DNA from: Deltaproteobacteria bacterium TL4
GTDB lineage: Bacteria > SAR324 > NAC60-12
Direction: 5' to 3'
Assembly: GCA_051382335.1 (NCBI GenBank)
Contig: JBBCAX010000168.1
Span: 1 to 64,000, forward strand
DNA: 64,000 bases
Shown one piece after another: positions 9,967 to 19,366 of the stretch. Each line of letters begins with the position of its first letter. The stretch's first letter is position 1. A program made the position numbers and the translations under genes. The notes below the pieces were generated by a model, which was given only the letters and a program-made list of their open reading frames with translations, was not told the DNA's origin and did not search any database.

Positions 9967-11313
9967 TTAGCCGTGATACTGTTTCAATACTTCAAAGATC
10001 GCATCCGAGCCAAAGTCAACAGCTTCAACGGGAATGCGTTCATTGGCGGCATGGATGGTTCTAAAAAAATCAAAACCTTGGGGTAGGTTCATGGGTAAAA
10101 AACCATAGCTTTGAATCCCAAGTTTGGAAAAAAAACGACTATCGGTCACACCCGGTAAGAGCATGGGCACCGGAGTTGCGTCGGGGTCTGCGTTTTTTAA
10201 AACTTTGGCTAAGGTCGCGAACAATCCCATATTCACGTCACTCGGCCCCGGGTCATGACGAACCACCTCAAATTCAACTTTTTTCCCCACAATCTGTCGA
10301 AGCTCTTTTTTCATATCGTCCGGAGTGAATCCTGGAAGTAACCGTCCATCCAGTCCCAGCGTGATTTCGCTCGGAATGACGTTGAGGACCTCACCCCCAT
10401 GAACTATCGTCGCATTGACGGTGTTATGAAACATCGGTTCCAGCATTCTCCCTTTTTCGCCCAGAGCGCTTAATAGGGGAACCGTTAACTTGGGGTTCAA
10501 TAATTGCGGGAGAATTTTGTTTTCAGGAAAGCTTAAGGCGGTACCCATTTCTGTGATCATTTGCCGGACAATGGGCGTAATATGAACCGGAAGTCTTTTG
10601 CGGTTGAGTTGGCTCAGCAATTGACCCAATTTCCCCATAGCGCCTCCTCGCATGGGAACTGAACCATGACCTGCAGGACCCTGGATCACCACCTTCATGG
10701 AGCACAATTGCTTTTCGCCCACTTGAATCGGATAAAATTTATGTCCCCCGATGTAGGAAGGAAAACCTCCAAACTCGCCAATCCCGTAGCGAATTCCTTC
10801 AAAACATTGGGGGTGTTTTTCCACTAAATACTTTGCGCCCACATGGCTTCCCGCTTCTTCATCACTCAGAATCGCCAAGACCATGTCCCCTTCACATTTC
10901 AAATTTTCAGCTTTTGCCCGAAGGAAGGCCGACAGCATCATCGCGACCCCCCCTTTCATATCCAACGCTCCTCGTCCCCAAAGATAATGATCCACAATTC
11001 GAGCTTCAAAGGGAGGATGCTTCCAGTCTTGAGTGGTTGTGGTGACCACATCAATGTGCCCATACAACAACAACGGAGACGCATTGCCACGCCCAGGCAA
11101 ACGCGCAATTAAATTGGGACGATTTCTGTGTTTTGCTATAATTTGAGTTTCGAGCCCCACACTTTTAAGCAACCCCTCAATATACCGAATACATTCTATT
11201 TCATTGCCTGGAGGGTTCGTGGTATCAAAACGAATCAAATTTTGGAGTAATTCTACAGGTCTTTTATAAAGATCACGCTTTTGAGTAAGCTCGCTTCCAG
11301 ATTTTGTAGTCAT
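9967..11313 (-). CDS. M20/M25/M40 family metallo-hydrolase
   Basis: GHIDVV, GRGALDMKG, DEE, GHGS, IHAANE metal-binding motifs. Confidence 0.9.
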   Translation of the reverse strand: MTTKSGSELTQKRDLYKRPVELLQNLIRFDTTNPPGNEIECIRYIEGLLKSVGLETQIIAKHRNRPNLIARLPGRGNASPLLLYGHIDVVTTTTQDWKHPPFEARIVDHYLWGRGALDMKGGVAMMLSAFLRAKAENLKCEGDMVLAILSDEEAGSHVGAKYLVEKHPQCFEGIRYGIGEFGGFPSYIGGHKFYPIQVGEKQLCSMKVVIQGPAGHGSVPMRGGAMGKLGQLLSQLNRKRLPVHITPIVRQMITEMGTALSFPENKILPQLLNPKLTVPLLSALGEKGRMLEPMFHNTVNATIVHGGEVLNVIPSEITLGLDGRLLPGFTPDDMKKELRQIVGKKVEFEVVRHDPGPSDVNMGLFATLAKVLKNADPDATPVPMLLPGVTDSRFFSKLGIQSYGFLPMNLPQGFDFFRTIHAANERIPVEAVDFGSDAIFEVLKQYHG

Positions 11314-11565
11314 GCTCTTTTATCCTGACAAAAAATAAAAAATCACCCTCTGTGGTTTCAAACATTGCGCTTCTTGCTTAAAATGTATAGAAGTAGGGCA
11401 TGATGTGGCACATGGATTGAGACTGTATACCTAAAACAGAGACAAACGTCACGCTTTTAGTAAGATCCATTCACCAAAGCACACCCTACTTTAAAACGAA
11501 AAGTGAAAAATTTTCATTTCAAGTATTATTGACTCATGCCCCAATCTTAAATCTATAGAACAAAT

Positions 11566-13767
11566 ATGTCACACGTCGCAAAAAATGCTATAAAAGTTAA
11601 ATCCTCAAAGAAAAAGTCCAATGTGTTGACATTAGGTTCCAGGCCCCATCAATTAGGTCCCAAGCTGCCTGAAGACTGGAGTAAACTGGATGTCAATGAC
11701 TTGGAAACGAGTACTTTACTCATCAATAGGGAATTGAGCTGGTTAGAATTCAACCAGCGTGTTTTAGATCAAGCGATGGATCCCCGACATCCCTTACTGG
11801 AGCGCGTCAAATTTCTGGCGATTACGGGAACCAATCTGGATGAATTTATTATGATCCGGGTCGCTACGATTTTGAAAAAAATTGAAGCTGAAATTGATGA
11901 CGTCACCCCGGATGGCTATACCAACAGTCAACAATTTTGGGCTGTGCGGGAACGTTCGCTTAAAATGCTCAATGATATGCAGGACTGCTGGGAAAACACC
12001 TTAAAACCTTTGTTGGCCAAAGAAGGCATTACCTTTTTATCCCTTAAAGAATACACTCCTGAAATCAATAAATACCTTTCCGTATATTTTATGAAAGAGG
12101 TCCATCCGGTGTTAACCCCTTTAGCCATTGACCCGGCACACCCGTTTCCTTTTGTTTCCAACTTAAGTTTAAACTTTGCTTTGATTATAGGGCATAATGA
12201 GGTTACCAAATTAGCCCGGGTTAAAATTCCAAGCCTCCTGCCCCGCTTTATTGAACTTCCAGAATCAGTTGCTAAACGTACAGGGCATACTTTTGTTTTC
12301 TCAGAGGATGTCATCAAATGCAACTTACAGGCACTCTTTCCGGGGAGTGAAATCGTGGAAAGTTATCTCTTCCGTGTTATTCGCGATACGGACTTGGTGA
12401 TACGGGAAGATGAAGCCCACGATTTATTGGAAACAGTGGACCAGAGTTTGAAAGAGGTTCGCTATGGGGATATTGCCTTACTTAAAGTACAGCAGGATAT
12501 GCCGGGGCGAATTTTAGATCTTTTGACAGAAAATTTTCAAATTCAAGACGGAGTCATAGTACGTACCAATTCCTGTATGGGTTTTGGGAAATGGATGGAG
12601 TTGATGAAATTACCTATTCCCCAATTGAAAGACAATTCCTTTGTGCCCTCTACTCTGTTTAAAGCACCGGAAACTGAGGGCATTTTTGAACAGATCAAGT
12701 ATCACGATTACTTGGTCCATACGCCTTACGAATCCTTCAGTTCTGTTGAAAATTTCATTGCGGCAGCGGTGAATGATCCCAATGTTGTCGCCATTAAAAT
12801 GACGCTCTACCGTATTGGGGAGAACTCTCCGATTGTGAAACAATTGATCCAGGCGGTTGAAGCGCACAAACAAGTCGCGGTTTTAGTTGAATTAAAAGCT
12901 CGCTTTGATGAACAAAACAACATCATCTGGGCCCGTCGCCTGGAAGCGGCAGGGGCGCATGTCATTTACGGTGTTTACAGCTTGAAAACACACTGTAAAT
13001 TGTGCCTCGTTGTGCGTAAGGAAGCGGATGGTATTCGTCGATACATGCACATCGGGACGGGGAATTATAACCGGGGTACGGCCAAGATCTACACGGATTT
13101 GTGTTTGTTCACGTCTAATGAGGAAATTGGAAATGATGTCTCCCAAGTTTTTAATCTCTTGACCGGATATTCTCATCAAAAAGAATACAATCGTTTGCTG
13201 GTTGCGCCAACAGGTATTTTTTCACGCTTGAAGGAGTTGCTGGAGCGGGAGTCCGAACATGTTCGTAATAAACGCCCCGCTCATGTGATCATCCAAGTGA
13301 ATGGACTTTCTGATCCCGCAATGATTCGGTGTTTGTTCAAAGCCTCTCAAGCAGGGGTAAAAATTGATTTGGTGGTTCGTGGGATCTGCTGTCTTCGCCC
13401 TGGCATCCCGGGGATCAGTGACAATATTCATGTTATTTCCATTCTGGGGCGTTTTTTAGAGCACCGTCGTATTTTTTATTTCGCCAATGGGGGTAAGGAG
13501 GAAATATACATCGGAAGTGCTGACCTGATGCAGCGCAATCTCTATGGGCGGGTAGAAGTGCTGTGCCCTATTCTTGATGAACAAATACGAACCCATTTGA
13601 AAGATGTGATTCTGAAATCAAGTTTGGAAGACGTTGAAAGTGCGTACCTTCTCAAAATTGATGGTCGTTATGAACGAATGCTTCCGTTAAGCAAAAACAA
13701 GGATAAACCGAATTCTCAAACGGTTCTCCTGGATTGGTACTACAACCGGGACAGAGGACAGGATTAA
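11566..13767 (+). CDS. ppk1: Polyphosphate kinase 1
   Basis: NRELSWLEFNQRVL, HPFP, IKMTLYR, ELKARFDE, KTHCK phospho-His, GTGNYN, RFLEH, GSADLM.RN. Confidence 0.95.
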   Translation: MSHVAKNAIKVKSSKKKSNVLTLGSRPHQLGPKLPEDWSKLDVNDLETSTLLINRELSWLEFNQRVLDQAMDPRHPLLERVKFLAITGTNLDEFIMIRVATILKKIEAEIDDVTPDGYTNSQQFWAVRERSLKMLNDMQDCWENTLKPLLAKEGITFLSLKEYTPEINKYLSVYFMKEVHPVLTPLAIDPAHPFPFVSNLSLNFALIIGHNEVTKLARVKIPSLLPRFIELPESVAKRTGHTFVFSEDVIKCNLQALFPGSEIVESYLFRVIRDTDLVIREDEAHDLLETVDQSLKEVRYGDIALLKVQQDMPGRILDLLTENFQIQDGVIVRTNSCMGFGKWMELMKLPIPQLKDNSFVPSTLFKAPETEGIFEQIKYHDYLVHTPYESFSSVENFIAAAVNDPNVVAIKMTLYRIGENSPIVKQLIQAVEAHKQVAVLVELKARFDEQNNIIWARRLEAAGAHVIYGVYSLKTHCKLCLVVRKEADGIRRYMHIGTGNYNRGTAKIYTDLCLFTSNEEIGNDVSQVFNLLTGYSHQKEYNRLLVAPTGIFSRLKELLERESEHVRNKRPAHVIIQVNGLSDPAMIRCLFKASQAGVKIDLVVRGICCLRPGIPGISDNIHVISILGRFLEHRRIFYFANGGKEEIYIGSADLMQRNLYGRVEVLCPILDEQIRTHLKDVILKSSLEDVESAYLLKIDGRYERMLPLSKNKDKPNSQTVLLDWYYNRDRGQD

Positions 13768-13797
13768 ACGGCATTAACGACTTTGTGAGCTATCCTT

Positions 13798-14574
13798 ATG
13801 GAGGTTATAGGGGTTGATGATCTTTCCAAAGAAGAATCGTGGCCCAACCCACCTTTCATGTGTCCTCAATGTCACTCCACGGCTATTGAAATCACGCCCT
13901 TGCGAGGAGAGGAGGGCTTCTGGTTTGTCGATCTGCGTTGCTCCCGCTGTTGTGAATATGGCTTTTTTCAAACCGAGTCCGTTGCGTTTCTCGAGGTGGA
14001 GTCTGGCCTTGAAGAAGGACCCCCGTCTGTCGCCTTGCTTCAACAAGAATGGCAAGAGTGGTTTACGTGGAAACAGCGTCATCTGTCTCCGCGGCCCCTG
14101 TCAGCGGCAAGGAGGAAGAACTATGATTATGGTTTGGCTTTCTTACTCCTCATAGGCTCATTATTTTTCATTGCTGATCAATATCACTTATTTGGAATTT
14201 TTAGTGAGGATGTCTCGGCACGTCAGCGGATCGTCCATCACTATGTTGAATATTTAAAAAAATCATCCTGTCTTTCTCTCGCCATGAAAGCCAAACTTGA
14301 AACTGTTCCCATCTTATACACGTCTGAAAGCGCTTTACATCATGAAAAAATTCAATATGGGGAAACGGGTACTTATGGGGGAGAGATGCGGATAAAAATT
14401 TATCGCTCCAATTTTTGGTTTTTTGGAAAACCTAAAAGTGCGCAATTGATCCATACCTTAATTCATGAACTGCATCACAGGGTTCATCCTTATCTGGAGC
14501 ACTCTCCCCGGTTTTATCAATTAGTCGATCGGGATACGGGATGTGTTTTGAAATACTGGAATAAATGGGCTTGA
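13798..14574 (+). CDS. Hypothetical membrane-anchored zincin-like metalloprotein with an N-terminal zinc ribbon
   Basis: CPQC...CSRCC, one hydrophobic helix, C-terminal IHELHH...LEHSPRF. Confidence 0.7.
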   Translation: MEVIGVDDLSKEESWPNPPFMCPQCHSTAIEITPLRGEEGFWFVDLRCSRCCEYGFFQTESVAFLEVESGLEEGPPSVALLQQEWQEWFTWKQRHLSPRPLSAARRKNYDYGLAFLLLIGSLFFIADQYHLFGIFSEDVSARQRIVHHYVEYLKKSSCLSLAMKAKLETVPILYTSESALHHEKIQYGETGTYGGEMRIKIYRSNFWFFGKPKSAQLIHTLIHELHHRVHPYLEHSPRFYQLVDRDTGCVLKYWNKWA

Positions 14575-14610
14575 TCATCGCTACTACCTCCTCGTCCCAA
14601 GGCTCTGTCT

Positions 14611-14628
14611 CAATGTCCTTAAGTTAAG
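14611..14628 (+). mobile_element. Solo IS4-family-like terminal inverted repeat
   Basis: CAATGTCCTTAAGTTAAG resembles IS4-family ends and abuts a truncated REP-like stem at 14591-14610. No partner end or transposase was seen nearby. Confidence 0.45.
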
Positions 14629-14837
14629 AAAGAAGAGTGTACGAGAACACCAAAACATATTGGCGTAGAAGGCTTTCAAGTCGGAGTCAGAAAAGTTCTT
14701 TGACTTGGGAAAAGTTTGATAAAATCAAAACTTATTATCCGTTACAGCGACCGAAACTTGTTATGCCCTATGAGGCGATGAAATCTTACGCTGTGTTGTG
14801 AATCAGATTCTGAAGAGCCTATATTTCAGAAAAACTC

Positions 14838-14866
14838 AGCGTTCCCACGCAAAGCATGGGAACGCT
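14838..14866. repeat. REP-like hairpin (family D); possible terminator between convergent genes
   Basis: Perfect 10-bp stem AGCGTTCCCA/TGGGAACGCT sharing the GTTCCCA...TGGGAAC core with 24447-24472. Confidence 0.65.
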
Positions 14867-14872
14867 TTAGGA

Positions 14873-16222
14873 TTATGACACAGAGTGCTTGATCTGGGTA
14901 TAACCCATTTCATAGCCTCGTTCTTCATGAATAGCAATGTCCAGTCCTTCATTTTCTTCATCTTTGGTCACACGCAAACCGACGAGGACATTCACCAATT
15001 TCAAGATGACAAAAGAAACCACAGCGGTGTAACTAACAACCGAAATCACCGCAATACCTTGAACGCCCAATTGGCGTCCCATGCTCATCACTCCAACGGC
15101 AAAACCTTGCCCACTGAATACCCCTAACTCTGTTGAAGAAAAAATGCCTGTCAGCAGTGTGCCCATGATGCCACCTACTCCATGAACAGGAAATACATCG
15201 AGGGAATCATCCAGATGCAGCTTTTGCTTAAGGAAAGTGGTTGCGTTAAAACAAACAAAACCAGCGGAAATCCCTATAATTAAAGCACCCCCCGGGCCCA
15301 CATACCCGGAAGCGGGAGTAATGGTTCCCAAGCCTGCGACCATTCCCGTGACGATTCCAAGAGCGGTTGGCTTTCCAAATTTAAACCACTCAATGCACAT
15401 CCAGGTGAAAGCTCCCGCGGAAGCGGAAATATGAGTGACCAACATTGCCATTCCCGCATTGCCATCCGCCGCCAAAGCGCTCCCCGCATTAAAACCGAAC
15501 CATCCAACCCAGAGCATACCGGCTCCTGTTACGGTCATTGTCATATTGTGAGGTAAGAAGGGTTTCTTGGGAAATCCCTGACGAGCTCCAATCACCAGTG
15601 CGGCAACCAGCGAAGCAACACCGGCAGTGATGTGTACGACAATGCCACCCGCAAAATCCAAAACTCCTAATTTTGACAACCAGCCTCCTCCCCATACCCA
15701 ATGCGCGATGGGGGTGTAAACCAGAGTAAGCCAAAGAGCACTGAATAATAATACTGCTGAGAATTTAACACGTTCCGCAAAACTACCAATAATCAGGGCC
15801 GGAGTAATGATGGCAAAGGTCAATTGAAACATTGAAAAGACACTTTCCGGGATGCTTCCTGAAAGAGAACCTTCTGTAATTCCTGCCAAAAACACATTTC
15901 CTAAGCCACCAATCCAGTTGTTACCTTCACTAAACGCCAGGCTATAAGCATAGAGTAACCACAGAATAGAAATCAGACAAGTCAGAGCAAAACATTGCAT
16001 CAACATTGAAAGCACATTTTTTGTTTTGACCAAACCCCCGTAAAAAAGCGAGAGTCCCGGAATGGTCATAAAGAGGACCAGTGCGGTAGAGGTGAGAATC
16101 CAGGCTGTATTTCCGGTATCAAGAGCACTTCCGCCTTCTGCGAAAGCCATGGAGGGACACATAAACAGGAGAAAAAATGTGAGTTTGGATTTCAAAGTGC
16201 TCTGGATGTATTGTTTCAGCAT
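14873..16222 (-). CDS. amtB: Ammonium transporter
   Basis: FYGGLV, FQLTFAIITPAL, DFAGGIVVH, WFGFNAGS, ITPASG, DDSLDVFPVHG (twin His intact). Start uncertain (16222 or 16249). Confidence 0.93.
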   Translation of the reverse strand: MLKQYIQSTLKSKLTFFLLFMCPSMAFAEGGSALDTGNTAWILTSTALVLFMTIPGLSLFYGGLVKTKNVLSMLMQCFALTCLISILWLLYAYSLAFSEGNNWIGGLGNVFLAGITEGSLSGSIPESVFSMFQLTFAIITPALIIGSFAERVKFSAVLLFSALWLTLVYTPIAHWVWGGGWLSKLGVLDFAGGIVVHITAGVASLVAALVIGARQGFPKKPFLPHNMTMTVTGAGMLWVGWFGFNAGSALAADGNAGMAMLVTHISASAGAFTWMCIEWFKFGKPTALGIVTGMVAGLGTITPASGYVGPGGALIIGISAGFVCFNATTFLKQKLHLDDSLDVFPVHGVGGIMGTLLTGIFSSTELGVFSGQGFAVGVMSMGRQLGVQGIAVISVVSYTAVVSFVILKLVNVLVGLRVTKDEENEGLDIAIHEERGYEMGYTQIKHSVS

Positions 16223-16328
16223 AACGTGTCCCTTTCTGTCTTTCATCAATTTTAAAATTCATAAATCTCTAAAAACTTAATTTAGGCTTTAAGTCAAAAT
16301 GCCTAAAAAAATACTAATCTTGGTACAT

Positions 16329-16344
16329 TGCAATCTCAATACCA
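16329..16344 (-). promoter_or_regulatory. Putative sigma54 (-24/-12) promoter of amt
   Basis: Minus strand reads TGGTATTGAGATTGCA: GG-N10-GC spacing, correct orientation, about 110 bp upstream of the start. Confidence 0.65.
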
Positions 16345-16398
16345 TCATATAACCCACTAATATCACTATCTATCTATGATTTTATCAGGGGGTACCTC

Positions 16399-16434
16399 TG
16401 CTTAATTTTTAAGCTGGTGCCTAAAAATTAAACA
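16399..16434. promoter_or_regulatory. Tandem 17-bp imperfect palindromes, candidate NtrC-type enhancer sites
   Basis: TGCTTAATTTTTAAGCT (16399-16415) and TGCCTAAAAATTAAACA (16418-16434), upstream of the sigma54 motif. Confidence 0.5.
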
Positions 16435-16589
16435 AACAGTCATGAAGGAAGAGCGCTGTTGCCTGATTCGATGATTGCCTGTTTCCGCTGAATGAGCTAA
16501 ACTAAAACCACTCAATCAGTGTGACGCTCCTGGTCAAAAACGTGTTTGGGATAGGAGCTTGATTCTTCGTAACCCTTGTTCACAGTAAT

Positions 16590-19031
16590 ATGACTCCTTC
16601 GCCTTCATCTTGCCGCCATTGCCAGACGCCGCTGCACCAAAATCGTCAAATTTTTTACTTAAATTATCAAGAAAAACAGATCCCCTTTTGCTGTTCTGGA
16701 TGTGCGACGGTATGGCAAATTATCACAGAAAATCAATTAGCTTCCTACTATGAAAAAAGAGAGCTTAGCGGCAAGGAATCTTTAGTAGATTTGGAGCTTG
16801 AAAAAAACTTTTCCCATTTTGACAAAGAGGTAGTACAGCAAACTTATGTACAGTTCACCGCAGAGGGGCTTGCGGAAAGTAATCTGCTCTTGACGCAATT
16901 ACATTGTGCCGCTTGTATTTGGTTGATTGAAAGCTATTTACTTCATCAGACCGGAGTTCTCCAGGCCTGTGTCAATTTTGGAACGCAACGTCTCCAGGTG
17001 ACATGGAATCCTGAGGAAATTCGTTTTTCTGAAATTTTAGAACGTCTTCAGCGTTTGGGTTATCCTGCGGTTCCTTATGATATCAACCTCCAGGAAAAAC
17101 AACGTAAGCATTCCTCTCACCAAATGCTCAGTCGCCTGGCTGTCGCCGGATTTTCCGCCGGGAATGTGATGATGCTCAGTGTTTCACTCTATGCGGGATA
17201 CTTTAAAGGAATCTCCCAGGAATACAAAATGTTACTGGAAAGCGTCTCTGGCCTTTTGACCCTGCCTGTTGTTTTCTACAGTGCGATTCCTTTTTGGAAA
17301 GGCGCGCGAAGTGCTCTTAAAACGCGCCATCCTAACATGGATTTACTGATTGCGTTGGGGATTCTGATCACCTTTGGCTATTCGATATCCGCCTTGTTTT
17401 TACAAACAGGCGAACCTTATTTTGACTCTTGTGTGATGCTTGTTTTTTTCCTTTTGATAGGCCGCGCCTTGGAGCATCGAACTCAAACACACGTCATGAA
17501 CATCAGTGAACGGTTTATCGGAATGACACCTCGCTTTGCAACCCGGATTGAAGGCACTCAGGAGCTCACGATCACTCAAGAGGCAATTCAGTTAGGGGAT
17601 CATTTACGAGTACGTCAAGGCGATAGAGTTCCCGTCGATGGAACGGTATTTACCGGAGAAAGTGAAATAGATGAATCCGCGCTCACAGGTGAGTCCCGAT
17701 GGCGACTGGTCACAACGAACGATCAAATTTGGGGGGGGACCCTCAATCAAAACGGAGTGCTGGTCCTTTCGGCGACAGCCATTGGTCCACAGACCTTACT
17801 CAACCGAATTGCGAAACTGGTTGAGCAGGCACTTCAACAAAAAAGTCACATTCAACGCTTAGCTGATCGTATCGCCTCCCGATTTGTGTGGATCGTTCTG
17901 TTTTTGGCAATCGGGACGTGGAGTTGGTGGCTGTGGAACGACTCAGTACCCGCTGGCAAATCAGCCTGGTTGATTGCGGTTTCTGTTTTGATCATCGCTT
18001 GTCCTTGCGCTCTCGGACTGGCAACACCAACCGCGATTTTTGCGGCAACAGGTCATGCGCTAGGCAAAGGCTGGCTCATAAAAAGAGCGGCTTGGTTGGA
18101 ACAACCGAACACCATCACCGATATCGTATTCGATAAAACCGGCACTCTGACCACCGGTGAATTTGAAATCACCCAAATTCAAACACTGGAGGGTTCTACA
18201 GAACAAGCTTGGGAACAGTATGCTGTCCTTTTGGAATCTCATACCCGGCACCCCATAGCACACGCCTTGATCCATGCAGCAAAACAAAAAAACGGATCAC
18301 TCCCCACAGGGTCTATTGCTGAGGTTCAGCAGCATCCTGGCAGAGGCGTAAGCGGAATGATCCGTGGTGTACCGGTTCTTTCAGGGAATCTGCGCTTGAT
18401 GCAAGAACAGCAGGTAAAAATCAATTCAGTTCTACCTCAACCAAGTCAGACCACGCTCTACGTGTATGTTGCCATTGATGGTGTTTTACAGGGCTACTTT
18501 GGTTTGCGGGACGCATTACACGAAAAAAGCCAAGCCACCCTTGCGAAAATGCGAAGTCTTGGAATTCGAACACATATGCTGTCCGGAGACCTCCCGGAGC
18601 GTGTTCAATACTATGCTTCGCTCCTTCAAATTGACCAGGCGCAAGGGGAGGTCCTGCCTCAGGAAAAACAGAGCTATATTGCTAACTTGCAAGCGATGGG
18701 GCATAAAGTGATTATGGTGGGTGACGGCCTTAACGATGCTCCCGCTTTAATCCAATCGGACTTGGGAATCGCGGTCAACACCGCAAGCGACATCTCCTCA
18801 GAAGCCGCGGACGTCATTTTGATGCACAACGCCTTACACCAGATTCCTGAGCTTTTACAATTGTCCGCAAAAACACGGCGTACCATCCTACAAAACTTCG
18901 CGATTTCTCTGTTCTATAACGCCTGTACGCTACCCCTTGCCATGATGGGTTGGATCAATCCTCTTTTTGCGGCAATCGCCATGGCCTCCAGCTCAATTCT
19001 GGTCACCCTCAACGCTTTGAGACTCCGTTAA
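16590..19031 (+). CDS. Copper-type P1B ATPase, CcoI/FixI-like
   Basis: N-terminal CRHC...FCCSGC, HMA motif CAAC, TGES, CPCALGL, DKTGT, HP, GDGLND, YN and MASSS. Confidence 0.88.
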   Translation: MTPSPSSCRHCQTPLHQNRQIFYLNYQEKQIPFCCSGCATVWQIITENQLASYYEKRELSGKESLVDLELEKNFSHFDKEVVQQTYVQFTAEGLAESNLLLTQLHCAACIWLIESYLLHQTGVLQACVNFGTQRLQVTWNPEEIRFSEILERLQRLGYPAVPYDINLQEKQRKHSSHQMLSRLAVAGFSAGNVMMLSVSLYAGYFKGISQEYKMLLESVSGLLTLPVVFYSAIPFWKGARSALKTRHPNMDLLIALGILITFGYSISALFLQTGEPYFDSCVMLVFFLLIGRALEHRTQTHVMNISERFIGMTPRFATRIEGTQELTITQEAIQLGDHLRVRQGDRVPVDGTVFTGESEIDESALTGESRWRLVTTNDQIWGGTLNQNGVLVLSATAIGPQTLLNRIAKLVEQALQQKSHIQRLADRIASRFVWIVLFLAIGTWSWWLWNDSVPAGKSAWLIAVSVLIIACPCALGLATPTAIFAATGHALGKGWLIKRAAWLEQPNTITDIVFDKTGTLTTGEFEITQIQTLEGSTEQAWEQYAVLLESHTRHPIAHALIHAAKQKNGSLPTGSIAEVQQHPGRGVSGMIRGVPVLSGNLRLMQEQQVKINSVLPQPSQTTLYVYVAIDGVLQGYFGLRDALHEKSQATLAKMRSLGIRTHMLSGDLPERVQYYASLLQIDQAQGEVLPQEKQSYIANLQAMGHKVIMVGDGLNDAPALIQSDLGIAVNTASDISSEAADVILMHNALHQIPELLQLSAKTRRTILQNFAISLFYNACTLPLAMMGWINPLFAAIAMASSSILVTLNALRLR

Positions 19032-19196
19032 AGCTTCATGTCGAACTTGCCCTTTTTCGTCAGCTTAAGGAAACGCGCAGAGTTATGAGCGAACGTAGCG
19101 CTTTCAGAAATCAAGTTGGATTAAATGCTTGACAACGGAGCCCTTAAAAACTAAAAAATAAATTCAGAAAACTCATTCTGTTACGAGATCCGTTTA

Positions 19197-19331
19197 AACA
19201 ACGCTGTTTCAGGAGTGCCAAAGCTTGCTTTGGCCAAAAAGGCGAAGGCCTTTCTTTGGATTTGGCCAAAGCAAGCTTTGGCACTCCAGTCTAGGTTAGA
19301 CTCAAATGAATTTATTTTAATGAACGTCTCT
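19197..19331. repeat. Repeat family A, full copy (MITE/REP-like)
   Basis: Perfect 27-bp inverted repeat at 19212-19238 and 19261-19287. Both flanks align in reverse orientation with about 54251-54378. Confidence 0.9.
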
Positions 19332-19366
19332 ACATCAGCTCAAAATATCTATCGAAGTAAGAGGCA

